From Octopus bimaculoides (lineage: Eukaryota), in the NCBI RefSeq assembly GCF_001194135.2, contig NC_068998.1, positions 20,187 to 84,186 on the forward strand: a DNA stretch of 64,000 nt, read 5' to 3'. Under the pieces are notes generated by a model. That model did no database searches. It saw nothing but the letters and a program-made list of their open reading frames with translations, and was not told where the DNA came from. Made by a program: the position numbers and the translations under genes. Shown piece by piece: positions 1 to 12,800 of the stretch (its first letter is position 1; each line of letters opens with the position of its first letter).

Positions 1-890
1 CAGCAAGTCCTTATACCTCTTTTTTGGTTTATTTGGAGGTCGTTCTCCTTTAGCTAACTCTCCATAAAAGAGTTGTTTTGGCATCCTTGAATCCTTCATC
101 CTGACCAGATGACCACTCCATCTGAGCCTTTGCTTCAACACAAGAGCTTCAATACTTTCACACCGAGAGTTTTCCAATATTTAAAGATCACTGATGTGGT
201 CCTCTGACTTAATGCCACAGATCCGTCTGAGACACATCTGATGGAAACATTCCAGTTGTTTAAGGTGGTAACGATATGTGACCCATGTCTCACAGGCATA
301 AAGAAGAGAAGAGAGTACACATGCCTTGTACACCTTTATCTTTGTCTTCCTGCATATGTCTCGCTGACTCCAGAGGCACCTTTCTAGCCTTCCGAAAGCA
401 TCACTTGCTTTCCTAATTCTCTATGGAATTTCATTATCCAAATTGCCATATTTATTAACAGTGCTTCCCAGGTAGACAAACTGATCGACTACACCAAGTC
501 TTCTACCATACACATAAATATTTGGTTCAATATACTGCTTACCAGGGGAGGGTTGGTACATGACAACAGATTTCTTGAGACTGACTGTCAATCCTAAGGC
601 AGTGCAAGCATCAGAGAATGCATTCAAAATGTGTTGCATATCAATCTCTGTGTGCGCTACTGGATCACAATCATCTGCATACAGAAGTTCTCTTATGATA
701 TTGGTAAATACCTTTGTTTTTGCAGCAAATCACCTGATAAAAAATGAAAAAATCATGTGTGATTTTACATCCTTGAGTTCCTTATGCAACACTTCTCTCT
801 CCCATGGCTTTGCTGCCAAATAGCGTGACAAAGTACGTCTTTTATTAGCCAATAAATCATCAATATGTTCATAATTTTTTTAAAACCAAT
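1..890 (-). mobile_element. Degraded RTE/BovB-like LINE, RT C-terminal part
   Basis: Minus-strand frames give ELLYADDC, GLTVSLKKS, FVYLGSTV and QLFYGELAKG.RP...PKKRYKD, with stops and frameshifts. Confidence 0.8.
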
Positions 891-899
891 CTTGATGCT

Positions 900-1259
900 T
901 TCTTTGTATCAATCCCAGAAGGTCTCGGTCAGAAGTCATTGCCTCGGTGAGGCCCAATGTTCGAAGGTCGTGCCTCACCACCTCATCCCATGTCTTCCTG
1001 GGCCTACCTCTTCCACAGGTTCCCTCAACTGCTAGGGTGTAGCACTTTTTCACACAGCTATCCTCATCCATTCTCGCCACATGACCATACCAGCGCAATC
1101 GTTGCTCTTGCACACCACAACTGATGCTTCTTAGGTCCAACTTTTCTCTCAAGGTACTTACACTCTGTTGAGTATGCACACTGACATTACACGTCCATTG
1201 GAACATACTGGCTTCATTCCTTGTGAGCTTACACATGTCCTCAGCAGTCACGGCCCATG
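900..1259 (-). mobile_element. RTE-clade LINE ORF C-terminus (dominant local family)
   Basis: [20 protein letters not shown]...[13 protein letters not shown]; truncated by an N-gap. Confidence 0.85.
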
Positions 1260-1876
1260 NNNNNNNNNNNNNNNNNNNNNNNNNNNNNNNNNNNNNNNNN
1301 NNNNNNNNNNNNNNNNNNNNNNNNNNNNNNNNNNNNNNNNNNNNNNNNNNNNNNNNNNNNNNNNNNNNNNNNNNNNNNNNNNNNNNNNNNNNNNNNNNNN
1401 NNNNNNNNNNNNNNNNNNNNNNNNNNNNNNNNNNNNNNNNNNNNNNNNNNNNNNNNNNNNNNNNNNNNNNNNNNNNNNNNNNNNNNNNNNNNNNNNNNNN
1501 NNNNNNNNNNNNNNNNNNNNNNNNNNNNNNNNNNNNNNNNNNNNNNNNNNNNNNNNNNNNNNNNNNNNNNNNNNNNNNNNNNNNNNNNNNNNNNNNNNNN
1601 NNNNNNNNNNNNNNNNNNNNNNNNNNNNNNNNNNNNNNNNNNNNNNNNNNNNNNNNNNNNNNNNNNNNNNNNNNNNNNNNNNNNNNNNNNNNNNNNNNNN
1701 NNNNNNNNNNNNNNNNNNNNNNNNNNNNNNNNNNNNNNNNNNNNNNNNNNNNNNNNNNNNNNNNNNNNNNNNNNNNNNNNNNNNNNNNNNNNNNNNNNNN
1801 NNNNNNNNNNNNNNNNNNNNNNNNNNNNNNNNNNNNNNNNNNNNNNNNNNNNNNNNNNNNNNNNNNNNNNNNNNNN
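1260..1876. other. Assembly gap (others at about 2964-3282, 9899-9954, 31811-32475, 50143-50871, 62118-62127)
   Basis: Runs of N, mostly abutting (AT)n tracts or repeats. Confidence 0.99.
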
Positions 1877-2274
1877 NTATATATATATATATATTGAATG
1901 TATGTATGTATGTGTCTTTATATGAGCACAAAGAGAGTGAGAGTGGGTAGAGAGGGATAGAAAGAGGAAGATAAAGAGAGGGAGTCAGATTCTTTATTTT
2001 GCTACATGTGATGATTAACGCTACCAAAACTTGAAATACTCTCCCATCTAATTGTAGAAATACAATAACTAGAGTAATGAGTGTACACCTCTAGATGCTA
2101 TATATCACCTGTCTGCTACCATATATACACAGACAGATTCCTTCCTATCCACCGCCATCTGTCTACTTGTCTCTATGGTTACTGAGTCTGTATAATGGGT
2201 TTCTTTTTTTTCCTAAATTTTCTTAAGCTACTCACCAAGTTTTGTTTGGCAACTGCTTCTAAAACACAGTTCAT

Positions 2275-2450
2275 AGACACAGTGGCATGGGTTGGACGGT
2301 TTGACTGAGGACTGGCAAGCTGAGAGGCTGCACCAGGCTCCAATCTGATTTGGCAAGGTATCTATAGCTGGATGCCCTTCTTAACACCAACCACATCAAG
2401 TGTATTGGTTGCTTTTACATTCCACCAGCACATAGGTGCAAACATAGCTT
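2275..2450 (-). mobile_element. RTE 3'UTR fragment
   Basis: Matches by eye the gcatgggttggacg...ggatgcccttc segment at 17281-17570 and 26750-26900. Confidence 0.7.
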
Positions 2451-2478
2451 TGTGGTTCCCACTGTGTGGAACCTTGTC

Positions 2479-2480
<2 letters not shown>

Positions 2481-2522
<42 letters not shown>

Positions 2523-2665
2523 TCACTGCCTGGAATCGAACTCGGAATCTTGGGGTTAGTAGCCCGTGCTCTTAACCACTACGCCATATGCCTGTGGGCA
2601 TATGGCGTAGTGGTTATGCCCACGGGCATATGGCACAGTGATTAAGAGATTAAGGCAGTGACCTA

Positions 2666-2701
<36 letters not shown>
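2481..2701. mobile_element. Palindromic tRNA-derived SINE/MITE flanked by (TTA)n and (TAA)n
   Basis: Perfect 20-bp arms at 2573-2592 and 2597-2616; outer arms ggtcactgcct / aggcagtgacc. Pol III A box TGGCGTAGTGG and B box GTTCGATTC lie on the minus strand. Confidence 0.75.
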
Positions 2702-2704
<3 letters not shown>

Positions 2705-3432
2705 GACAGAGAAAAATCCCAGCAATGGCTGAGAAGCTCAGGACTCAAAGCAGAGACTGAAGGATTTTTAATTGCTGCACAAGACCAGAGCCTCCCCACC
2801 AGAAATTACCAAAAACACATAATGAAAAGAAATATAACAAGTAACTGTAGAATATGTGGAGATGGACAAGAAACAATAAATCATATTATCTCTGGCTGCC
2901 CAGTCCTGGCTAAGAAGGAATATATTCACAGACACGACAGAGCTGGGACCTATATACACTGGANNNNNNNNNNNNNNNNNNNNNNNNNNNNNNNNNNNNN
3001 NNNNNNNNNNNNNNNNNNNNNNNNNNNNNNNNNNNNNNNNNNNNNNNNNNNNNNNNNNNNNNNNNNNNNNNNNNNNNNNNNNNNNNNNNNNNNNNNNNNN
3101 NNNNNNNNNNNNNNNNNNNNNNNNNNNNNNNNNNNNNNNNNNNNNNNNNNNNNNNNNNNNNNNNNNNNNNNNNNNNNNNNNNNNNNNNNNNNNNNNNNNN
3201 NNNNNNNNNNNNNNNNNNNNNNNNNNNNNNNNNNNNNNNNNNNNNNNNNNNNNNNNNNNNNNNNNNNNNNNNNNNNNNNNNNACGCAAAACACTTTCAAT
3301 ACAGTAAACATAAAAGCACCACAGCAAACCACAGCACATACCCAAGGCGCACAGAGCTGCGCTCGGTAGTGAAGTGAAAGCACGTTATAAAAATAAAACT
3401 ACTGAACAATAATAATAATAATAATAATAATA
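2702..3432 (+). mobile_element. 5'-truncated Dong/R4-like non-LTR retrotransposon (RLE type)
   Basis: Open frame WLRSSGLKAETEGFLIAAQDQSL...CRICGDGQETINHIISGC (CCHC knuckle)...RHDRAGTYIHW, then an N-gap, then RKTLSIQ*, a 3'UTR and an (AAT)n tail. Confidence 0.85.
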
Positions 3433-3479
3433 GCAAACATCAAAAAATAGCAAATATCGAAAAGCATTGAAAAATGAGA

Positions 3480-3593
3480 ACCTAGGTTCGAAATTTCCCC
3501 AAGACACCTGATGAAAGCTGGAGGGTATATCATCCGAAATGTGTTAACAATAAACAAGATGAGGACAAATATCCGTCAATTGTAAATAATGTA
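3480..3593 (+). mobile_element. Short repeat with minimal hammerhead-like motif (Penelope-like LTR relic), copy 1
   Basis: CTGATGA at 3508-3514 and GAAA at 3536-3539; 3541-3593 matches the reverse complement of 55927-55979 at 49/53 nt. Confidence 0.6.
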
Positions 3594-3745
3594 TGGGGAA
3601 ATATCTTGACAACAGGAAGGGCATTTTCTCAGAAAATCTGACTAATACATGCATGCATGCAAGAGCTGGACATTAGAACACATACATACATACATACATA
3701 CATACATACACACACACATACACACACACACATACATACATACAT

Positions 3746-3785
<40 letters not shown>

Positions 3786-4220
3786 ACACATACATACATA
3801 CATACATAAGTAGCAGTTCCCAGTAGGATTTAACTTTATGATGATTTGTTCAACTCTGCCAGCATAAAATGTGAATATATGAATGATAAGCTGATGATGA
3901 TACTTGCATACATAAATAGTTTATTCAGTTGGAAAATAGGAAAGTTGTTAGTTATTTGTAAAAACGTTTAAAAAAATTTTAAATACTGAAAATATCTGGA
4001 TAAAAAAAAAGAACCTTAATGAATCTAATTGTTTATTGAGTGTTAGATGGTATTGTTTATCTCAAGATAGCATGATGTGATACCAATTTTTAGCTGTCAG
4101 GTGCAGTCATATTGCTATTGGTCATCTCTGTCTTTCTACCAAATGCATATAAAGATACAAGTTAGAGAGAGATATCATGTGCACTTACAAACTATAGACT
4201 TTTAATTTAAATTGCAGGAG

Positions 4221-4382
4221 ATGCCAAAATTAATTCCATTTGCTGAACAGAAGTTTCACAAATTACGTAATGAGTGTCGGAAGAAATCTATATTATTTAC
4301 TGATCCAAAGTTCCCAGCAAACAACTCTGCAATCTTCTTTAGCAGAAGTCCTCCAAGTGGCATTATATGGAAGAGACCAGGA
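4221..4382 (+). CDS. CAPN5: CAPN5 coding exon 1 ([10 protein letters not shown]...IIWKRPG)
   Basis: Acceptor ttgcAG ends at 4217 and ATG is at 4221, so a non-coding upstream exon is implied but was not located. LFTDPKFP and WKRP are calpain motifs. Donor GTATGT at 4383, phase 0. Confidence 0.92.
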
Positions 4383-7300
4383 GTATGTATATTTAACACA
4401 CTTGTTTTCAATGTTATACAATCTCATCACACTTTTAACATATTTCAGTACCTTGCCTAAAGTTATCAACCTCTCTACTATGTGCCCCCTGCTTTCACAG
4501 GGGGTTTTCAGTCTTGTGAGTCATACTTAGCCTCTCTTGTACAGTCTGTAAAGACATTGGTGAAACAAGACGAGATAACACAGGGTTTGGAAGTGGTTTT
4601 GCTTGTGAGGAACCTGGTTGAAGCTCCTCTCCACCTTACTTCTTGAATGCAACACACATCAACATGCCTCAGTTCAAGCATCTCAACAATCTCAACAGAC
4701 TTACCTTTCAATGTACCTATGTACCAACTCTGAAGGACTGTAAGAGGAGGCAGGAGGTAACATAGGGAGGGGGAACAGTGGATTTCAGGGTCTGGAAAAA
4801 AGGCTCCTATGAGCATTTGCCAACTGACATATCATAACAGTTGTCCTGACATTTAATCTACCACCATTCGTGTTACCCTTGCTGCCTTCACTGGAGGTGG
4901 GTGCTATACAAGCATTAGTACAAGCAATGTTAGTACAGGTACAAGTAAGTACATACATAAATAAATAATTTTTTATCACTAGGCTTTGGTGTGGAGGTCT
5001 CATTTGAGTTATTTCCCTTGTTGCATTCTAAAAAATCTTTCACAGAGTTTTGTTTACTAATTGCTTGGATATTTTTAGTTGACTCATGTTTTACACTTCC
5101 TTCTTTTACAGTTCCTCATATATGAGGCCTTCCCACTATATATAAAACACTACTCACTTTATTACATATATGAGAGCCTGCCATGTTTCATTTTGGTAGG
5201 CTGAAAATACCCCTCAGGCTATTATATTGTTGTTATTTATTCCAGAGAGATTCGTTTTATGACTCAGTAAAATGATACTCCTGAAATACTTTGTGGTGAA
5301 TGGTGAATAATAGAGAAATAAAACTAAGATCAGTACAAGATGAGATTGTGACAGACTTTAAATTGTCAGTTCAAGAATTTCACATGATTCATACCATAAA
5401 TGTTTTGACTAAAATTCTCTTTCCTATAATACTGAGCTTTGGGCTGGAATAAATGGTAGAATATTGATCAGTAGAATATATAAAGTTAGCTTTACATTGC
5501 AAGTTCCTACCATGTCAAATTTATTTTCCATCTCACTAAGAATGATTAAATAAGTACCAGTAATATAAGGAGTGTTTTAATCAACTTCCTACAAATTTAA
5601 TTTTGATCTCATTACAAAAAAGTTAAAAGTAAACCATCCTATCTATATATAATAACATTGCATATTGGATAAGCAGAACATATAATGTCTGTCTATATAT
5701 ATATAGAAGTCAGACTTTGTGCTTGTAAACCCATGTAACTTCTGAAGTTCACAGCTGATTTTCTCCAAACTGGGAACATTCATTACTTATGATCCAGAGA
5801 TAGGTTTAGACTCTTAAATTTTTTCACATAATGTGTAATGGGGCCTCTGGGTGCAGAAAACACCCTTTCCTGGGTTATGTGGAGAAGTGATGTAACTTTT
5901 TGCAAAGTAACTTTCAGAAATTGATTGTCTCCCTTATATCTAGCGTGATTAATCCACTGAATGCTCTTTGTCTTTTTAAGATATTGATCTGAATGTTTTT
6001 TATTGACATTTAATTAATAACATAACAATGTCATCTCAGTTCATTGTATGTATTTCTTAGAATTTGCTCAGATATTGATATTATTTACCCTTTTTTTATT
6101 GACACTTCATTATTAACATACAATTCTCATCTCATTTTATTACATCATATTTCCTGACATAATTTCTCCAAAGAGGAGATCCTCCATTGGTCGAAAAATT
6201 ATCATAATCTCAATTGGCTGTGTGAAAGAGCAACACCGGCTCCAAAAAACAGCACTGTCAGTAAAATTAATGAGCAGCTTCTGCAGTACCTTCCTGGAAG
6301 TCCTCAACTCTATAAGTTAGTTGATACAGTCCCAAATTCAGAAGAGATGATAAATTACCTAACAGAATTTCTCAATTCATTGAAGCTTCCAGGACTACCT
6401 CCCCACAGATTGGAACTTAAAGTGGGAACTCCAGTAATGTTATTGAGGAATTTTATTCCACCAACACTCTGCAATGGGACACACCTGGTGGTAAAGAAGA
6501 TGATGCTACATGTTATTGAGGCCACCATTCTCTCTAGATGTGCAAAAGGAGAGGGTGTTTTCATACCAATAATTCCTCTCATTCCATTGGGAGCAGAAAT
6601 TCCTTTTTCATTCAAAATAGTACAATTTCCTATTTGTATCAGCTTTGCAATGTCTATCAATAAGTCCCAGGGTCAAACAGTGTCAGTGGTAGGACTTCAC
6701 TTAATGCTTCTCACATGAGCAGTTATATGTTGGCTGTCCTAGAGTGGGAAGCCAAAAAGATCTATTTGCATTTGTTTCATAAGGGAAAACAAAGAAGGTT
6801 TTGTAGGAATTACTACATCCTATGATGCACTCCAGTATCCACTGTTCCTTGTGAATGGTGAAGATGGATACAATTTCGGTATAATACTAACAAACCCAAA
6901 GACTGCACCAACAAAGCTCTTTCCTGCATGGACCTCAGCATCAAAGCCGATTCTCCAATGACTCCCACCAACCATGTGGTAAGCCATTATGCTTTTTTTT
7001 TTTCAAGCAATTCATTACTACATATTCTCATGTGGCTGCACAGGCTCAGTTTATGTTTCTTATTCTACAGCCACACCAGCAATCCAATGTCAACCCTTCA
7101 CCTTCTGCATCATTTCAACAGTTCACTTCCCAGTTGCCATTTCCCATTGCAGCCCCTTTCCAGAATCTACCCATTTACATACAACATCTCAATTACACCT
7201 ATTTTCCCTTTTAATCTTCCTCTGGTATTGCTGCCCCTCTTATGTGTCCATAGCTCACACTGAGTATACCATATGGAGTTTCTACTTATACCTTTTCTAC

Positions 7301-9854
7301 AGATCAACCAGGGCCATCTACCTGAAGCGAGTTGTGGTTTGACAGCCTTCCTACTACTAAGACTTTGGTTTTTGTTAGGTTGACCCTAAGGCCCTTCAAT
7401 TCTACACCTTGCTTCCACACCCTAAACTTTGTCTCCAGTTCTGACAGTGACTCAACTATTAGAGCAAGGTTATCAGCATAGAGGAGCTCCCAGGGGCATC
7501 CTGTCTTGAATTCCTGTGTTATTGCCTTGAGTTCTATGGTGGCAGATACTGGTGTCACAAAAATGGTACCTGTGCCGGTGGCACGTAAAAGCACCCATTA
7601 CACTCTCTAATTGGTTGGCATTAGGAAGGGGATCCAGCTGTAGAAACCATGCCAAAACAGACAGGGGTCTAGTGCAACCTTCCCCCTTGCCAGCCCTGGT
7701 CGAACTGCCCAACCCATGCCAGAAGGGACAATGGATGTTAAATGATGATATATGTATATTAAGGTTAAATTTATGTTATCTTTTTTGCAATTTATATCTA
7801 CACACACATGCTGTACTTTAGTTAATCTATTTGAAGTAACTTTATTAAAATACAATGAGAGATCTAAAATAGATTTTTTAGTTTGAGAAAAATCTGTATT
7901 TTCTTTATTTCAAATGTTCTGTTTTTAATAATCTTCAATGCTTCAAATTGCCTTTTAATAAAACAGCTGAGTGAATTAATGGCTATCATTACTAGTCATA
8001 TTGTTGGTGCTGCAACTTAAAAACCATTGCCACTACATGTAGAATGACCCCTTAACAAGCAGACACATCTACAACAACCCAATCCTCTACTATAACACCA
8101 TGTCCACACTTTTAACACTGCATCTCATATGATTGCATGCTGCAATATGCCATATGATCAATAACTGCATTTCAGAATGTGTGCTATGGTGGTTATATGG
8201 CTATAAGTGTGGAACACTTGATCTGTAGATCACAGTTATTCTACCAATTGTCTCAGAGCCCTAGGCCACCAGGGCCCACATGAAAGCAACTACAATTAAG
8301 GTGCCACTACACAGCCTCATGACTAGTTAGAAATGGCTGGCACATTTCCTTATTGTCTTAAAAGAACAGATACATTGAACAATATAGTTCTATGTATGCA
8401 AGTTTTGAAAGGAAAAATAGACAGGATATTTACTGCTGGAAAACTTCAGATTGTAATTCTTGATCAGTTATGGCTTGGGTTTAAACACAGGTTTCAGTTG
8501 ATAATGAGTTTATTGATGCATAATTCAAGAGTATCACCTGTTCAATATATTACTTTTGCCCATCCCAGTAGAAGAGTTATTTATAGAAACATAGCCAACT
8601 ACAAGTGGTTGGTCTAGAATTTATTAGTAATTTTAGATAAAACAGAAAAATAACATTTAAGAGTTTGTGAGTTGCTTGATGGTTTTGGTGATGACTGGGT
8701 CAGTGGTTATAAAATTGTTGCCGTAAATTATATTAATGAACTGAGATTTCAAGAAGGCTTCCAGTCTTATTTAATTAATGATCTCAGATGTATCTGGTTT
8801 TTCAATAAATGCACACACACACACATACAGAGAAAGTGAAAAACAATAGCAAGTTTTATTTATGAGGAAATAATTCATTCATCTGTTGCTTTCAGAATGT
8901 TGAACAAAATATTCGGAAAACATTACGTTAAGAACATTTTCTAGGTTTAACATATGATCTAGGATGTAGTGTTTAAAATCACACAAGTTCATATACATTT
9001 ATCACTTAAATTGTCAATTAAATTTATCACTTAAATTTATCATTTAAATTGTCACAGCTTCATTCTAGGACAATAACTGATGGTAAAGAAGTAAAATTTA
9101 GAGCTGTATTCCTTGTTTGCCTGTTTAAACTATAATGTTATCTAATACCCAGTATATTTCACTTATCACATTTAAATCTACTTGAAAATTTCTGATATTG
9201 TAAGCATTGGAAATAACTGAATCTGCTTTATTAGTGTTTAAATATGAGTTAACAGACCATTTATTAACAGATGAAATATAACATAACACTGAAACATAGC
9301 TAAAAACAAGAAGAAAAAAAAATAAAGAAAAGAACTAGAATTCATACAACCCATGATGTTAGAATCTGGCAAAAATCCAAAAACAGAAAAGAAACCAATT
9401 GAAGTAAAATGATGGAGGGAATTAGTGCAGCGTGGGGATTGAGTTTAGATTTGTTACACAGTGCTCACATGAAGCTTTTTATATAAAGATCTTTTATCAG
9501 TAACTCTAAAAGCACAATAAAAATATTGAAGAAAAGACAAATTAATTAAAAGAGAGAAAAAGTTTGAAGAGAGAGAGAGAGAGAGAGTGGGATGGAAATT
9601 AATGGAGTTGTGAGTGAGAAGGAGGCAGGACATTAATTTAGTGTTAATTAGTAAAGAAGAATAAATGAGGAAATAGAGTTTACCAAAATAGAATTTAGTC
9701 AGTAATTCAAGCTGGTATTTCTAAAAGCATGATTGTCAAAATGTTAAATGTTAAAATTGCCCAAAAATATTCTTTACAAAATAGTATTTATATCAAATAA
9801 AATGTTTCCTATATTCATCTATTTTTTCTATCTCCCCTTCACTCTCACTCTCTT

Positions 9855-9898
<44 letters not shown>

Positions 9899-12800
9899 NN
9901 NNNNNNNNNNNNNNNNNNNNNNNNNNNNNNNNNNNNNNNNNNNNNNNNNNNNNNNTATATATATATATATATATATATATCATCATCATCATCATCATTT
10001 AACATTCGTCTTCCATGCTGGCATGGGTTGGATGGTTTGACAGGAGCCAGCCAGGTAGAAGGCTACCCCAGGTTACTATGTCTGTTTTGGCAGGGTTTTT
10101 ATGGCTACATGCCCTTCCTAACACCAACTACTCCACAGAGTAGACTCAGTGCTTTTTACGTGCTACTAGTACAGACCCAGCAATAATCCATCTGATATTG
10201 TGCTTTCTTTTCCTTTTATGCAGTTTGCTCAAACAACTTGTTTATTGGGCATCAGAGGGCATCAGATGCTGTGTGTAAAAGAGAAGACTGCCCTGGTATG
10301 GTCATGTGATGCATATAGATGAAGACAGCAGCATAAAGAAGTGCTGATCTCTAACTGTGGAGGGAATGTGTGGAAGAGGTAGACCCATCCAACCCATGCC
10401 AGCATGTAAGGCAGATGTTAAACGATGATGATAGACAGAGAGAGTAGGGTTGGGTGGTATTATCAAGAGAAATGTGACATAATCTTCCATGCTGCATTGC
10501 AGTATTTGAACTTGTAGGTAGAATTCAACTCTTAAGGAGTGCAGAACAGGTTTCAGCCAGTGTTTACTCTCCTGTTGCTTATAACTACTATACCATGGTT
10601 TCATTCAGTCTTGTATCCAGTAACTCTTGGACTACAATCTTTTTTATCAAGATGACATGACCTTCCTCCAATATCATAACAACATATTTGAACATTTCAT
10701 ATCAACTGGCTATTTGTTTTCCACTATCACATATGGTCCTGCCATCATAGTATTGATTATTTTCCATTTCCTCTTCTGTCGCCTTTCCTGTGTTGTCCTT
10801 GTGGCAAACATATGTAATTTCCAAAAGGCTCTATATTTATTCAAGTGCAGACACATGAATGTTCTGTCATGATTAACTAGGTTTACAGCTGCTGCTCATC
10901 TATTGTGTATGCTATCTTTATAGCCATTAAACTGTCAGTGACTCTATCTACTTAACTGTAAATAGACATATCATGTTGAGGTATAATTCATTGTTATAAA
11001 CAGTAGGATACTTTATAATACTGAGCTGAAATATTCTCTTGGTTTGGGAGCACTAGCATAGCTGGGGTGGGGTGGGGGCAATAAGGGCAGTTCACTTGCA
11101 TGGCCCTTTTAAAGGGGCACCACTTTTGGGTCTGCTGTAGGCAGTAAGTACTTTTTGTGGGCAAACAGAAGGGCTGCCCCAGGTGGCACACACTCTAGCT
11201 ATGCTAGTGTTTGGGAGAAGTCATTAGATTCCTGTTACTGATTGTGTTCTGATAACCAAACAAAGTTGATTCTTTCTACTTGTTGAACCTAAGTTCTATT
11301 ACCTTCCATCAAACTATTTCTTGCTAACCCATAAGCTAGATAAGTTGAGCATGAATGTCAGCCTCCTCTAACTCCACTTTATTACCTCTGTGTCCCAGTT
11401 TCAGGAAGATTCAAAAAGCCATGGATACTCAACAAGAAACTAGATGTGTGCAGAGATAAGCACAAATGTCATGATTTCGATGATGAGGATCATTGTTTCC
11501 ATATGACTTGTTAAAGGATCATCATTATAATCATCATCACCGTTATTGTCATCATTGTTGTTGTTATCATCATCAGTCTCATCTTCATTGATCATCATTC
11601 ATTATCTATGATCATCATCAATCATCCACTACCATCCCCGTTGTCATACTCAACATCTTCCCCCTCACCCCCATCTCACAATCCCTACTATCATTCCTTG
11701 GTTTTTATATCCATTTAGCTGACTTGAGTTGGAAAGATTTCTAGACTTCTTCTTCCTTGAACGTTCTCTGAAAAGATACCCATCTCCATTTAACCTACTT
11801 GCAGGATATTGCAGAGGACCCCAAATTCTTTTTAGACTCAGCAAGTGCTGAAGATTTTGCACAAGGCAGTTTAGGAAACTGTTGGTTTGTTGCAGCTTGT
11901 GCTTCTGTAGCTGAGCACCCTGATCTATGGAAAAAGGTAAGATGAAATGTAACCCACTTATTGTAATGTTGAAGATAACGAGAGATTGTTTAAGACTAAT
12001 TTTTCTTATAAAAATAGACAAAAAATTTATAAGTAAGGTTAGATGATGATAATATCAGTTCTGGATGAATGATAGGTAAAATCAATGTGTATGCTCAAAA
12101 CTACATTTTACTCATTACTCATTGAAATTACTGCTTTCAGTTTTAAAATTTTATAATCTGATTTCAATTATCGATAATGATGATGACTGAAGTAAAGCTC
12201 CACATGTTATCTCACCAACAAATAAGTAGTACCAAGTACCAACAGTATTTCTATTTGTTCAGTTATACATATTTTCTCCTTAAACATTAGTTCTGTAGTA
12301 GAACAGTCAGAAGCTTTTTTCAAACTGAAAACGGTTTCATTCCTCTGATAGCTATTTACTTGATGTTGATTCTCTTGAGCAAAACATGACCATCACACCT
12401 CTATAGACACCAACATTGTCGTGTCTGAGAAATTACTAAGTAATTTCTTCAGAGCTGCAGTTTAATGAGTGGATTGGCATATCAACTTCTGTTAGAAGAG
12501 TCAGTAGTTCAAACACCGTTATCACCACTGCATTATAACAAAGACCAGACAGCATAGAACGCCGAGCCGTAAAGAGTTCATTTGAGAAATTCTGAATCTC
12601 ATCAAATAAAACCTTTTCAGCTTTTAAAATTTTGGAATTTTGATAATTTTCATCCAGTTTTAGAAAGGGTTAAATTTCCTCCAAAAGTTTTTCTCTACTG
12701 CACCCAAACAAAATCTGTTCATTTTACATACACCTTTCCATGCTGTCCAACTAAAATATTTTGCTCAAGTGATTCTGTATTTCTTAAAATAGATAATTTT

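Noticed and set aside
1168-2027. Long ORFs spanning N-runs (also 2822-3383, 31478-32683, 50089-51084)
   Set aside because: Artefacts of translating gaps and (AT)n; only the real flanks were interpreted.
2519-2596. tRNA gene on the minus strand
   Set aside because: A and B boxes are present but there is no 7-bp acceptor stem; it is followed by a (TAA)n tail and lies in a palindrome.
6347-6718. Host PIF1 helicase gene
   Set aside because: Intronless fragment with a frameshift and stops, joined to a Helitron-specific motif.
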